A stretch of 64,000 bases of DNA from Verrucomicrobiota bacterium (GCA_035411585.1 DAONTI010000005.1:20976-84975); one strand, 5' to 3'. Shown: positions 43,832 through 56,092, numbered from the stretch's first letter. The notes: generated by a model from the letters alone, not told the origin. Translations and numbers: made by a program.

Positions 43832-46149
43832 ACGCCCCGGACGATCTCCGCCAGTTGTCGTTGATGGAATTGTTCCGGGTCGAGTCGGAAAACCAGACGG
43901 CCACGCTCACTGCGGGATTACTGGAGCTGGAACGTCAACCGGAATCGTCCGCCCCTTTGGAAGTCCTCATGCGCGCCGCCCATTCGCTCAAGGGGGCCGC
44001 CCGCATTGTCGGGCTCAATCCGGCCGTGCGTCTCGCCCATGCGTTGGAGGACTGCTTCGTTGCCCTTCAACGCGGACAACTGCGGCTCGACGCCGCCCGG
44101 ATGGACGCGTTGTTTCGCGGGGTGGATTTATTGCAAAATCTGGGACGCTGTCCGGATGCGGAACGCGAATCCTGGCTGCGGGAACAGGCGTCCCATTGGG
44201 AGGCATCCGTCAACTCGCTACGCAACCCGATCTCTACAACGAACGTTGCGACAAGCCCCTCGTCCCCGCAGTCGGCAAATCCCCCAACGCCTGCCTCCGC
44301 TGATGAAATGCCCGTCGCCCTGCCGACGGCACCGGAGACGACGGCTCCCGCGCAACCAGCACCCACCGCGCATCCGACAACTGGCGGGTTGCCGGATTTG
44401 CCGGAACGCGTGTTGCGGTTGACGGCGGAGAATCTCAACCGGCTGTTGGGACTGGCCGGCGAAGCCTTGGTTGAATCCCGTTGGTTGCGCCCCTTCGCGC
44501 TCAACATGCAGCGGCTCAAACGCCAGCATGCCGAGATCGAGGCGGATTTGGCGCGCACAGCCGGGGCGTTGCGCGAGGTGCCCGGGGCGGAAAACGCGCT
44601 GCGCGAGATGCAGGAATTCAACACGCAACTGAAAGAGTGTCGCAGCTTTTTGGACGAGCGCCTAGCGGAGTTGGATCGCTTCGACCAGCGCAGCGCGCAG
44701 TTGTCGCACCGGCTGTATCTGGAAGTCTTGCGCACCCGCATGCGTCCCTTCAGCGATGGCGTGCGGCGGTTTCCGCGCATGATCCGGGACCTGGCCCAAA
44801 GTCTGGGAAAGGAAGTGCACCTGGAAATCGTGGGCGAACACACGCAGGTGGACCGCGATATTTTGGAGAAGCTGGAGACGCCGCTGGCCCATCTGTTGCG
44901 CAACGCGGTGGATCACGGCTGCGAACCGCCGGACGTCCGGCGGCAACAAGGCAAAGCTCCGGTGGCCACCGTCCGCCTGGAAGCCCGGCATAGCGCTGGT
45001 CAGTTGGTGGTGATGGTCACCGACGACGGCGCGGGGGTGGATTTGGAGGCCGTTCGGGCGGTCATTCTGCATAAACGACTGGCGGCCCCCGACGTGGCCC
45101 AGAGCCTCAGTGAAGCGGAATTATTGGAGTTTCTTTTCCTGCCCGGAGTGACCCTGCGGGAACAGGTCACCGAAGTGTCGGGCCGCGGCGTGGGGTTGGA
45201 CATCGTGCAAGACCTGGTGAAAAGCGTGCGGGGAAGTCTGCGGGTCAATTCCCAACCGGGACGGGGCACGCGGTTTCAGTTGCAACTGCCGCTCACGCTT
45301 TCGGTGCTGCGGGCGTTGCTGGTGGAAATCAGCGGGGAAGCCTACGCCTTTCCGCTGGGCCGGCTTAACCGGGTGCTGCACCTGTCCCGGGCGGAAGTGG
45401 AATCGTTGGAAGGTCATCCGCATTTTCGGCTGCAAAACGAGACAGTCGGGTTGGTCATGGCCCATGAAATTTTGGAGGGGCGTCCACCGCCGACCCTGGG
45501 TGACACCCTCGCCGTGGTGGTGTTGGGGAATCGCCAGGAGCAATTCGGTTTGGTGGTGGACCGTTTTCTCGGGGAACGCGAATTGGTGGTGCAACCGCTG
45601 GATCCCCGGCTTGGCAAGGTCAAAGACATCAGCGCGGCGGCGTTGCTGGAAGACGGGGCGCCGGTGTTGATTGTGGACCCCGACGATGTGGTGCGGTCCG
45701 TGGCCAAGGTGTTGGCGGAAGGCGGGGCCGCCGGTTTGGGCGACCGCGCCCCGGCCCTCGCCGCGCCCCGCCGCAAACGGGTGTTGGTGGTGGACGATTC
45801 GCTCACGGTGCGCGAGCTGGAGCGTAAACTGTTGCTCAACCGCGGCTACGACGCGGAGGTGGCGGTGGATGGGATGGACGGCTGGAACGCCGCCCGCACC
45901 GGCCGTTTCGACTTGGTCATCACCGATGTGGACATGCCCCGGCTGGACGGCATCGAATTAACGCGGTTGGTGCGGAGCGACCCCCGACTTGAATCCTTGC
46001 CCGTGATGATTGTTTCGTATAAAGACCGGGATGAAGACCGGCTGCGCGGTTTGGAAGCCGGGGCGGATTATTATCTGACCAAAAGCGGTTTTCATGACGA
46101 AAGATTGCTCCAAGCGGTCGTGGACCTGATCGGCGAACCAGAAATGTGA
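43828..46149 (+). CDS. cheA: hybrid CheA histidine kinase with C-terminal receiver (WspE position)
   Basis: Hpt (AAHSLKGAARIVG), HATPase (HLLRNAVDHG, DDGAGVD, GRGVGLD), CheW-like domain, and REC (VLVVDDS..DLVITDVDMPRLDG..YLTKS). The proposed GTG start overlaps the cheW stop (GTGA at 43828..43831). The track start at 43759 and the ATG at 43864 are alternatives. Confidence 0.9.
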   Translation: MNAPDDLRQLSLMELFRVESENQTATLTAGLLELERQPESSAPLEVLMRAAHSLKGAARIVGLNPAVRLAHALEDCFVALQRGQLRLDAARMDALFRGVDLLQNLGRCPDAERESWLREQASHWEASVNSLRNPISTTNVATSPSSPQSANPPTPASADEMPVALPTAPETTAPAQPAPTAHPTTGGLPDLPERVLRLTAENLNRLLGLAGEALVESRWLRPFALNMQRLKRQHAEIEADLARTAGALREVPGAENALREMQEFNTQLKECRSFLDERLAELDRFDQRSAQLSHRLYLEVLRTRMRPFSDGVRRFPRMIRDLAQSLGKEVHLEIVGEHTQVDRDILEKLETPLAHLLRNAVDHGCEPPDVRRQQGKAPVATVRLEARHSAGQLVVMVTDDGAGVDLEAVRAVILHKRLAAPDVAQSLSEAELLEFLFLPGVTLREQVTEVSGRGVGLDIVQDLVKSVRGSLRVNSQPGRGTRFQLQLPLTLSVLRALLVEISGEAYAFPLGRLNRVLHLSRAEVESLEGHPHFRLQNETVGLVMAHEILEGRPPPTLGDTLAVVVLGNRQEQFGLVVDRFLGERELVVQPLDPRLGKVKDISAAALLEDGAPVLIVDPDDVVRSVAKVLAEGGAAGLGDRAPALAAPRRKRVLVVDDSLTVRELERKLLLNRGYDAEVAVDGMDGWNAARTGRFDLVITDVDMPRLDGIELTRLVRSDPRLESLPVMIVSYKDRDEDRLRGLEAGADYYLTKSGFHDERLLQAVVDLIGEPEM

Positions 46150-46275
46150 ACATGATAAATCGGCAAACAGGGAAGGGGAAAAGCGCGCCGCGCCGCGCCT
46201 CTGCTTACGGGTTAGAGTTCGCCATCACCGCGCCTCACGCCGCGTGCCAACGTCAACGAAGGGCCCAGTTCAGCC

Positions 46276-47426
46276 ATGCGAATCGCCATCGTCAATGACC
46301 TGCCGACGGTGGTTGAAGCCATGCGTCGGGTGGTGCTGTCCACCGGCGAACATGGTGTGGCTTGGGTTGCGGCTGATGGCGGCGCGGCGGTGGAATTATG
46401 CGCGCGGGAACGGCCCGATTTGATCCTGATGGATCTGACCATGCCCCGGATGGGCGGCGTTGAAGCCATTCGCCGGATAATGGATCGCTCGCCCTGTCCC
46501 ATCGTCGTCGTGACAGCGGAGGGGAAACAAGATCATGCCCGGATCTTTGAGGCCATGGGCGCCGGGGCGTTGGATGTCCTCCATCTTCCCGGACTCGTAT
46601 CGTCCGTCACCGCCGAGACTGCGGACAAGTTGCTGGCCAAGATTGATACAATCCGACGGCTCACCGGAATTCGCACCCGGAGCTTGTCTGCCAAGCCCGC
46701 CCGCGATTTAACGCCGGGTTCCCTGGCGTCACGTTCGCACCCGGCCAGCGCAACATCCGGTCTGAATGCAGCCAGCCCAGCGCCGCTGGTGGCCATTGGC
46801 GCATCCGCCGGCGGGCCGGCGGCGTTGGCCCGAATTCTGGGTTGTTGGCCGGCGGATTTTCCCGCCGCCGTGGTGATTGTGCAGCATGTGGACACGCAAT
46901 TCGCGCCGGGCTTGGTCCGTTGGTTGAGCAGCCAGACTCCGTTGCCGGTGCGGCTCATCCAGTCGGGGGATCGCCCGCAGGCGGGTCTGGTGTTGGTCGC
47001 CAACGGCGAGGATCATCTGGTGTTTGATAAGGCCCAGCGTTTGGTTTATTCGCCAAACCCCACGGGCGCAGCGCTTCGGCCGTCGGTGGATTTATTTTTT
47101 CAAAGCATCGTGAAATACTGGCCAGGCGACGTGATCGGAGTCGTGCTGACCGGGATGGGCCGCGACGGCGCGCGCGGGCTGAAAATGCTGCGCGAAGCGG
47201 GGCAGATAACCGTGGCGCAAGATCAGGCGACCAGTACGGTTTATGGCATGCCCAAAGCGGCGGCCGAATTGCGGGCCGCCCGCGAGATTTTGCCTTTGGA
47301 AAACATTGGACCGCGCCTGGCCATGCTGGTGCAAACCCGCCGGCGCCGTCCCCGTCCAACACCGCCAACCTCCGCCCGGGTTGGCGCGACCGGCTTGACC
47401 CGCAAAAACCCCCAATTCCACAACTG

Positions 47427-47427
<1 letters not shown>
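46276..47427 (+). CDS. cheB: CheB protein-glutamate methylesterase (REC + esterase; WspF position)
   Basis: REC ([20 protein letters not shown]) plus the esterase blocks [21 protein letters not shown]. Confidence 0.9.
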
Positions 47428-50048
<2,621 letters not shown>

Positions 50049-50074
50049 ACCCAACCCATCCCCCGGACTCAGCT

Positions 50075-51028
50075 ATGTTACAAATTCCCCAACGTCTGCA
50101 ACGCGGCGACACCCTGGGCATTGCGGCCCCGGCCAGTGCCCCGCCGGATCCGCGCAACCTGGACCGCGCCGTCGCGGTAATGGAATCCCTCGGCTTCCGC
50201 GTCAAACTCGCGCCCCATGTGCGGGCGCGCTGGGGGTTTCTGGCGGGACGCGACCGGGAACGCGCGGCGGATTTGATGCGCCTGTTCGCCGACCGCACGG
50301 TTCGCGCGATCATCTGCGTGCGCGGCGGTTACGGCACCGCACGGCTGCTGCCCCTGCTGGATTATGCCGTGATTCGCGCCCATCCGAAAATTTTCGTGGG
50401 CTACAGCGACATCACCTCGCTGCACTGCGCCTTCTTAAAGCAAGCCGGGCTGGTTTCGTTCCACGGGCCGATGTTGAACTCGGACTTTGTGAACGCCGAC
50501 ATGCCGAAGTTCACCCTGCAGAGTTTCCTGCGGTTGTTAACCGAACCGGTCGCCTACGGCAGCATCGCGCAGGGGTATCGCCGCCGGACGGTTCAGATCC
50601 TGCGCCGCGGCGAGGCGACGGGGCCGTTGGTGGGCGGGAATCTCACCCTGCTTTGCACGCTCATCGGCACGCCGTGGCAACCCGATTTCCGCGGCCGCAT
50701 TTTGTTTCTCGAAGATCTGGGCGAAGAACCGTATCGCATGGACCGCATGCTCACTTACCTGCTGAACGCCGGCATCCTGCAGCAAGTGGCGGGCATCGCC
50801 ATCGGCATCAACAAGGATTGTCACGACCCGAAAGCGAAGCGGATGAAGGAATACCGGCAAACGCTGGAGGATGTGTTCCGCGAGCGCCTGCTTCCCTTGA
50901 AAGTGCCGATCGTGAGCGGCCTTCCGTTCGGCCACATCCCGCACAACGCCACGTTGCCGCTGGGTGTTCAAGCGCACCTGGACGCCCGGCGCGGCGCGTT
51001 GAATCTGGTTTCGCCGGCGGTGCGTTGA
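50075..51028 (+). CDS. LD-carboxypeptidase (peptidase S66, muramoyl-tetrapeptide carboxypeptidase-like)
   Basis: GDTLGIAAPAS..FLAGRDRERAADL..IICVRGGYGT..VGYSDITSL (nucleophile Ser)..GLPFGH are S66 family blocks. The ATG at 50075 is preferred over the track's 49802 extension. Confidence 0.85.
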   Translation: MLQIPQRLQRGDTLGIAAPASAPPDPRNLDRAVAVMESLGFRVKLAPHVRARWGFLAGRDRERAADLMRLFADRTVRAIICVRGGYGTARLLPLLDYAVIRAHPKIFVGYSDITSLHCAFLKQAGLVSFHGPMLNSDFVNADMPKFTLQSFLRLLTEPVAYGSIAQGYRRRTVQILRRGEATGPLVGGNLTLLCTLIGTPWQPDFRGRILFLEDLGEEPYRMDRMLTYLLNAGILQQVAGIAIGINKDCHDPKAKRMKEYRQTLEDVFRERLLPLKVPIVSGLPFGHIPHNATLPLGVQAHLDARRGALNLVSPAVR

Positions 51029-51099
51029 GGACGGCGCGACGTCGAAGCCCGCGATGCCTGAACGGCGAAGCGGGGCGGCGGTTCGCCCGAGTGACTTGG

Positions 51100-51786
51100 T
51101 TAGCCCCTCCTTTCATCTCTCTTTCGTGTGAACCACACCATCAAGACGCCGCCGCCAACCAGTAACGCCCAAGTGGATGGCTCCGGCACGGGGCGCGCAA
51201 AAATGGGAGCGTTCGGCACCGAATGGTAAGCCCAGCCATGGAGCACACCGCCAGCTTCTGCCGCCATCGTCACGTCGAAGTACCCGAAGTGAAATCCATC
51301 CTCCAGTTCCAACTGGACGCCGATGAAGCCGCGCGCGCCTGGACTGCCCGGCCACTCGCTGAGTGTTCCGCTGCTCAGATGCATCGCTATGGTCGCAAAG
51401 GCGATTTCTCCTGGCGACACGTAGCCCCCGACCGGATCGCTGGAAAGCCAAGCGCACGTTGGATCGAGCGATGAACCGACGAGGAAACCTTCCTCCAAAC
51501 GGGCGACTGGGCCGCCAATGTTGGGCGGTGGTGAGAGCCTGATAACCACCCGGTTCGCCCGCTCCGTGCGCAGGCTCACAGAGCCTGGGCTTGCGCCAAA
51601 GGTAAAATCGGTAAGGCCGTCGCTGTTGAAGTCAATCGGATAGTAAAAGCCATTGAGCATATCGCTGCCAATTCCCAGCGGCTCCGGCAGGGCAACCGTA
51701 ATCGTTCCCTGGGCAACGGCGCCGGCCGCCGCGAGGCCAAGCAGCCCGGCGGCGACCAATAAAACACTCAGCACTTTCTTGCTCAT
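51100..51786 (-). CDS. PEP-CTERM sorting-signal protein
   Basis: Signal peptide MSKKVLSVLLVAAGLLGLAAAGAVA. The C-terminus is VPEPSTWALLVGGGVLMVWFTRKRDERRG (PEP motif + TM + basic tail). The ATG overlaps the S8 peptidase stop (ATGA at 51783..51786). Confidence 0.8.
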   Translation of the reverse strand: MSKKVLSVLLVAAGLLGLAAAGAVAQGTITVALPEPLGIGSDMLNGFYYPIDFNSDGLTDFTFGASPGSVSLRTERANRVVIRLSPPPNIGGPVARLEEGFLVGSSLDPTCAWLSSDPVGGYVSPGEIAFATIAMHLSSGTLSEWPGSPGARGFIGVQLELEDGFHFGYFDVTMAAEAGGVLHGWAYHSVPNAPIFARPVPEPSTWALLVGGGVLMVWFTRKRDERRG

Positions 51787-54371
51787 TGCCCCCTCCGCAT
51801 ACGCCAGAAGCGCACGCCCGCTGGGCTCATCAATGGCACGGTGTTGGTGCGGCTCTCGGACAGCACGGAGACAGCCGCGGTCCAGTTGGCCAGGGGGGTG
51901 GCGACGTTGGTGGAGGCCAGAATCGTGAAATAGGCGCCGGGGTCGGCCACAAACGTCAACAGAAACTCGTTCGTCGTGGGTGATTTCTCCAGCGCGGTGA
52001 TGACGGGCACCGGCGGCGTTGCCCCGCCAAGAACCACCGAGACCTTCTGCGTCGTCGGCGCGGGATTGCCGGGCAGCCCGCCGGAGTGGGTGACCGTAAT
52101 GCGATACTCGCCCGCCGCTGGTGACGCAATGGAAATGCGCTCCACATTGTTCCGGTTGTCCACGCCCCGCGTGGCCGCTGCCGAACGGGCTGCCGCCGTC
52201 TTGTTCGTCAGGTCGGGATTCAATACCCACGGACGGGAGATCGTCGCCGTGCCCAAATGCTCAACGACCACATCGAGGTTGTTGACCAGCATCGGATCGG
52301 GCAGGTCCGCCGCCGTGACATTGGTGATGGCCGGCCCCGGCGGGTCACTCCAGGCCGCCGTCACGGACAGCGGCTCTGTCCCGCTGGATGTTACCACCCA
52401 CGAAACCGATTGCGTCGGTGCCAACGTGAACTCCTTGATGAGCGAGCCGCGTCCCCAATTGAAGTCCTGCTCCACGCGCTCCACCGCGCGCCGGGCGTTG
52501 AAGATGCCGTGCCCCAGCCGGTAGTCCGACCCTTCGGCCCCGACCTCATCCACCGTGTCAATCGCCACGGCCTTGAGCGTGGAATTCAGCCAGGCATCCG
52601 CCGCGTTGGTTAGTCCAGGATAGAGTTGCGCCCGCCGCTGCAACACCAACCCCAGCCCGCCCACCACGCCCGGCGCGGCAAAGCTCGTACCTTCGGCGAA
52701 CACCTCGTACTGGTTGACCGCTGCCGCCGTGGGCGAGATCAGGCCGAGGATATACCCGCTACTCACCTCTCCCAATTGATAGCGCAACCACAGATTCGGC
52801 GTGCCGACCGCAACCAAGTCAGGCTTCAGTCGCCCGTCATCGGTGGGGCCGGCACCGCTGAAAGTGGCTGGAACGGCGTTGGCACCGGGTCCGAAACCGA
52901 AGATCACAAAGTGATTGCTGACCCAGTAAACATCCTCGCACGCTCCTACCGTCAGCACGTTCTTTGCGGTGCCGGGTGCGGCGAGGGAGTCATAACCGCC
53001 GTCATCGCCGTCCAGCCAGTCGCGTGTAGTCGTGCTCACCACGAACACGCCGTTGCTCAACCAATAGTAGGTGCCGGGTGAATTGGTCGGCCCTTCAAGC
53101 CGGTCGTTCCCGCACGAATAGACCATTAAATGACGAATCGCCTCTGCATTGTGGAATCGGTCAACCTGGACGCAGCCGATGTCAGCGTCGTTCGGAATGG
53201 TGTAAAGCCCGAACTTTGGGTCTTCGGAAAAGCTCGCTCCCGGCGGACCCCACCAAACCCAAACGTTGGTGACCACCACACCGACTTGGTTGGTGAGGGT
53301 CCGGTGACGCCGCCAGCCGTTGGCCAGTCCCCACGAATGGTTGGCCAGAAACACCGGCGCATTGGTCGCATCCCCCGCTGCAGCCGATTCCCGCTCGCTC
53401 TTGAAATTTGCCGTGTCGTAGGCAAAGACATTGGCCTGATACGCCACGCCGCGTGCCTGGTAGAACTGTCCGAAGATACTGCGGACTCCACCGGCGGCCA
53501 TCGTGCCGGCCACGGCAGTCGCATGGCCGCTGGTGTCCAGCATCGCGTTGTCCCGTTGCCGGACCCGCGTGCCAAACTCAATGTGGTTGGTCCGCACCCC
53601 GCCGTCTGTCTCCCACAATGCGAGCGTGACGTTTGTGCCGGTCAGGTTGCGCCCCGTATTACTCTCCGAGTAGGGCCACGCGCCCAGCGGCCACAATTCG
53701 TCGGCACTGATGCTGGCCGCCGCCGCCGTGTTGTGACTGCCGACGTAGGCCGGCCCGCCGGCAATCTCGTCCACGAGAATCAGCTTTCGCCCATCAGATT
53801 CCTGAATCTCGCGTGGCGTGCCAAGGCGTTTGGACAACTCGTCCAACGCGCGCTCCTTGGCTGGTTGCTCGGCAGCCGAGCGGGTGGCCTGCTCGCGCAA
53901 GGCCGCGAATTCCGCTTCGCCTTCCTGCCGCTTCTCCTCGCTCGCCGCCCGGCCGGGCGGAATCAGCGCCCGCGTCTGCGGCGCAAGCGCCACCTTTTTC
54001 TGTTGCCACGCTTCCTCGGCACGGCGTCTGGCGTCTTCTGCCGCCTGATGTGCCGCCGCCGCCAGTACGGGGTCGGCGGCGATGGCCTTGGCCAGCGCGG
54101 CAGCCTTCGCGTGCCGCTTCCGGGCGACGGCCTGCTCCGGTGTGTCGGGCACGCCGGTGTCATCCGCCAGGAACTTGCCCGGCGCAAACTCAACCGCTGG
54201 CAATTCGGGATGCGGGTTGAAGGGCCACGGCGGCTTCCACTCGTAATCCTTCGCTGAATAGTAACTGCCCAGTTTGGGCGGTTCTTGGAGTTGGGCGCGA
54301 CCGACGCTGGCAAGGGCAAGCGCCGTAATTACGATGGCGATTCCTTTCGTTGCGCCGATTCTTGTTTTCAT
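51783..54371 (-). CDS. secreted S8 (subtilisin-like) serine peptidase with P-domain-like and C-terminal beta-sandwich extensions
   Basis: Signal peptide. Triad contexts LALWETDGG (Asp), GHATAVAGTMAAGG (His), NHSWG, GTSFAAPGVVGG (Ser). Confidence 0.85.
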   Translation of the reverse strand: MKTRIGATKGIAIVITALALASVGRAQLQEPPKLGSYYSAKDYEWKPPWPFNPHPELPAVEFAPGKFLADDTGVPDTPEQAVARKRHAKAAALAKAIAADPVLAAAAHQAAEDARRRAEEAWQQKKVALAPQTRALIPPGRAASEEKRQEGEAEFAALREQATRSAAEQPAKERALDELSKRLGTPREIQESDGRKLILVDEIAGGPAYVGSHNTAAAASISADELWPLGAWPYSESNTGRNLTGTNVTLALWETDGGVRTNHIEFGTRVRQRDNAMLDTSGHATAVAGTMAAGGVRSIFGQFYQARGVAYQANVFAYDTANFKSERESAAAGDATNAPVFLANHSWGLANGWRRHRTLTNQVGVVVTNVWVWWGPPGASFSEDPKFGLYTIPNDADIGCVQVDRFHNAEAIRHLMVYSCGNDRLEGPTNSPGTYYWLSNGVFVVSTTTRDWLDGDDGGYDSLAAPGTAKNVLTVGACEDVYWVSNHFVIFGFGPGANAVPATFSGAGPTDDGRLKPDLVAVGTPNLWLRYQLGEVSSGYILGLISPTAAAVNQYEVFAEGTSFAAPGVVGGLGLVLQRRAQLYPGLTNAADAWLNSTLKAVAIDTVDEVGAEGSDYRLGHGIFNARRAVERVEQDFNWGRGSLIKEFTLAPTQSVSWVVTSSGTEPLSVTAAWSDPPGPAITNVTAADLPDPMLVNNLDVVVEHLGTATISRPWVLNPDLTNKTAAARSAAATRGVDNRNNVERISIASPAAGEYRITVTHSGGLPGNPAPTTQKVSVVLGGATPPVPVITALEKSPTTNEFLLTFVADPGAYFTILASTNVATPLANWTAAVSVLSESRTNTVPLMSPAGVRFWRMRRGQ

Positions 54372-54426
54372 GGTGGCGGTTCAGTTTGCTGTGCGTGTTC
54401 GCTTTGCCCACGACGTGCGCGAACAG

Positions 54427-54465
54427 TTAATTAAACGACAGTCGCATTGGGTTATTTGTCGCCAT
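54427..54465 (-). CDS. candidate 12-codon leader uORF MATNNPMRLSFN*
   Basis: Hand-translated. It starts inside module copy A. Its paralogue in copy B has the same length and the same stop (TAA). Confidence 0.3.
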   Translation of the reverse strand: MATNNPMRLSFN

Positions 54466-54545
54466 GTTACGGTGGCCGAAGCATAATGATTTTACAACGG
54501 GTTGTCACGCCGTGATTTCGCCGGATCAATCGCAATTTCTGCCGC
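54444..54545 (-). promoter_or_regulatory. 102-bp promoter/leader module, copy A (upstream of the S8 peptidase operon)
   Basis: 79 of 102 positions match 57841..57942 in an ungapped hand alignment. On the minus strand it contains GTGACA-17 nt-TATGCT (a possible -35/-10) and a conserved downstream leader. Confidence 0.45.
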
Positions 54546-54617
54546 CTGGCCAGGGGCCACGCGACAACGCGGGCCTGCCCGTACGCCCGCCCGCTGGGGG
54601 AAAACCATCTGAACAAC

Positions 54618-55460
54618 ATGCGACCGCCACTCCCTCCCGTTGAACGCGGCCGTTTCCCGGCGCGATTGCATGTGTTGCTTGCGCGCGAGGCAAAGGTCGG
54701 GTTGGTCATCCGGCGCGGCCCGTCGAAATCGGTGTGCGCGGTTTTGTGGAATCGCACGCGTGATGCTTTCCGCGTGGGACAGTGGCTGCGTGGTCGGATT
54801 TACGAGCGGCGTTCGGATCTATCGCCGGACGGCCAGCATTTCCTGTATTTCGCCATGAACGGGCGGTGGGAATCGGAAACGCGCGGCGCGTGGACCGCCA
54901 TTTCCCGCGTGCCGTTTTTGAAGGCGTTGGATTTATTTGCCAAAGGCGATTGCTGGCACGGTGGCGGATTGTTTTTGTCCGAGCACGAATTCTGGCTCAA
55001 TGACGGTTACGGCCATACAGAGTTAAAGCGCTCCAGCCGTCTGCATCGCAATCAGAACGGCGGTCCGCAGACCTATTTTGGCGGAGAGTGTCTGACGGTT
55101 TATTACAACCGCTTGCAACGTGATGGCTGGCGCATGCACGCCCAGGAATATCAAGGCGCCACGCTCTTCGAGAAGCAACTGCCAAAGTCGTGGATCCTCC
55201 GCAAACCGGCCTACGCGGAAGTGGATCAGCCGCCGGGGCGCGGCTGTTATTGGGACGCCCATGAGTTGCGGCAGATTTCCACCGATACGACGTTGGTTTT
55301 TCCGGAATGGGAATGGGCGGATTACGTGGATGGGCGATTGGTCTTTGCGGTTGCCGGACAGTTGCGCGTGGCGCGCTTGGGACGAAAGCAGTTGTGCGGG
55401 GAAAAGTTGCTGTACGATTTCAATGGAATGAAGTTTCAAGCGTTGACCGCACCGTATTAA
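54618..55460 (+). CDS. hypothetical protein (280 aa)
   Basis: Coding-like composition (LSPDGQHFLYFAMNGRWESETRGAWTAIS.., Trp/Tyr-rich). No family recognised. Confidence 0.5.
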   Translation: MRPPLPPVERGRFPARLHVLLAREAKVGLVIRRGPSKSVCAVLWNRTRDAFRVGQWLRGRIYERRSDLSPDGQHFLYFAMNGRWESETRGAWTAISRVPFLKALDLFAKGDCWHGGGLFLSEHEFWLNDGYGHTELKRSSRLHRNQNGGPQTYFGGECLTVYYNRLQRDGWRMHAQEYQGATLFEKQLPKSWILRKPAYAEVDQPPGRGCYWDAHELRQISTDTTLVFPEWEWADYVDGRLVFAVAGQLRVARLGRKQLCGEKLLYDFNGMKFQALTAPY

Positions 55461-55474
55461 GCGGCACCAGATGG

Positions 55475-56092
55475 TCACCGAACCAAGTTCAGCGGTCGCC
55501 GGGCCTCAGCCGGTGGTGTGTTCCTTTTAAGCAAAATCACGCCGAGGGGCACGGCCACAACGCCCATGACTCCCAGCACGATCGGTAGAGCCCAAAGCTG
55601 TCGGAAGCTGACAATGCGCGCGCGTCGCGGCGCATCGGGCCGATACAAAACCGACACGTTGTCGCCCACGTGAAATTCGGGCGGGGAGGAATAAAAGCTC
55701 GACGCCACCGTATGCTGGGCGCCGGCTGCATCCTCAAATTGAAAGGTGGGGGCATAAGTAACGTCTCCCGAACCCTTATCCGTCTTCTGGCGCATTTCGA
55801 GGATCGTGCCGGTCGTGCGTTGGGCCGTCCGGGTGAAATGCCAGGTATGAATCGCTGTGGCTGAGGCGGCCACCAGCAGGACGCATCCGATGCCAATGAA
55901 CAGTTTGGGGACGAGGGGATTCTTGGCTCCATGAATTTGTTTCGCCGCTTCACGCATGGAGCGTGAAAACCCAATCATGAAACCCAATATCACCCCGAAG
56001 ACGATCCCGGACACCAAGACGATGAGAATGACGATGGCCGTGTCCATGTCGCGTAATTTGCGGCAGCTTATCCGGCGGGTCACCGCAAGCAA
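55475..56092 (-). CDS. DUF3592-like membrane protein
   Basis: TM-TM-soluble beta domain-TM layout. TTGTILEMRQK..YAPTFQFEDAAGAQHTV..FHVGDNVSVLYRPDAP is typical of DUF3592 (recalled). An alternative start is the ATG at 56047 (MDTAIVIL). Confidence 0.6.
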   Translation of the reverse strand: MLAVTRRISCRKLRDMDTAIVILIVLVSGIVFGVILGFMIGFSRSMREAAKQIHGAKNPLVPKLFIGIGCVLLVAASATAIHTWHFTRTAQRTTGTILEMRQKTDKGSGDVTYAPTFQFEDAAGAQHTVASSFYSSPPEFHVGDNVSVLYRPDAPRRARIVSFRQLWALPIVLGVMGVVAVPLGVILLKRNTPPAEARRPLNLVR

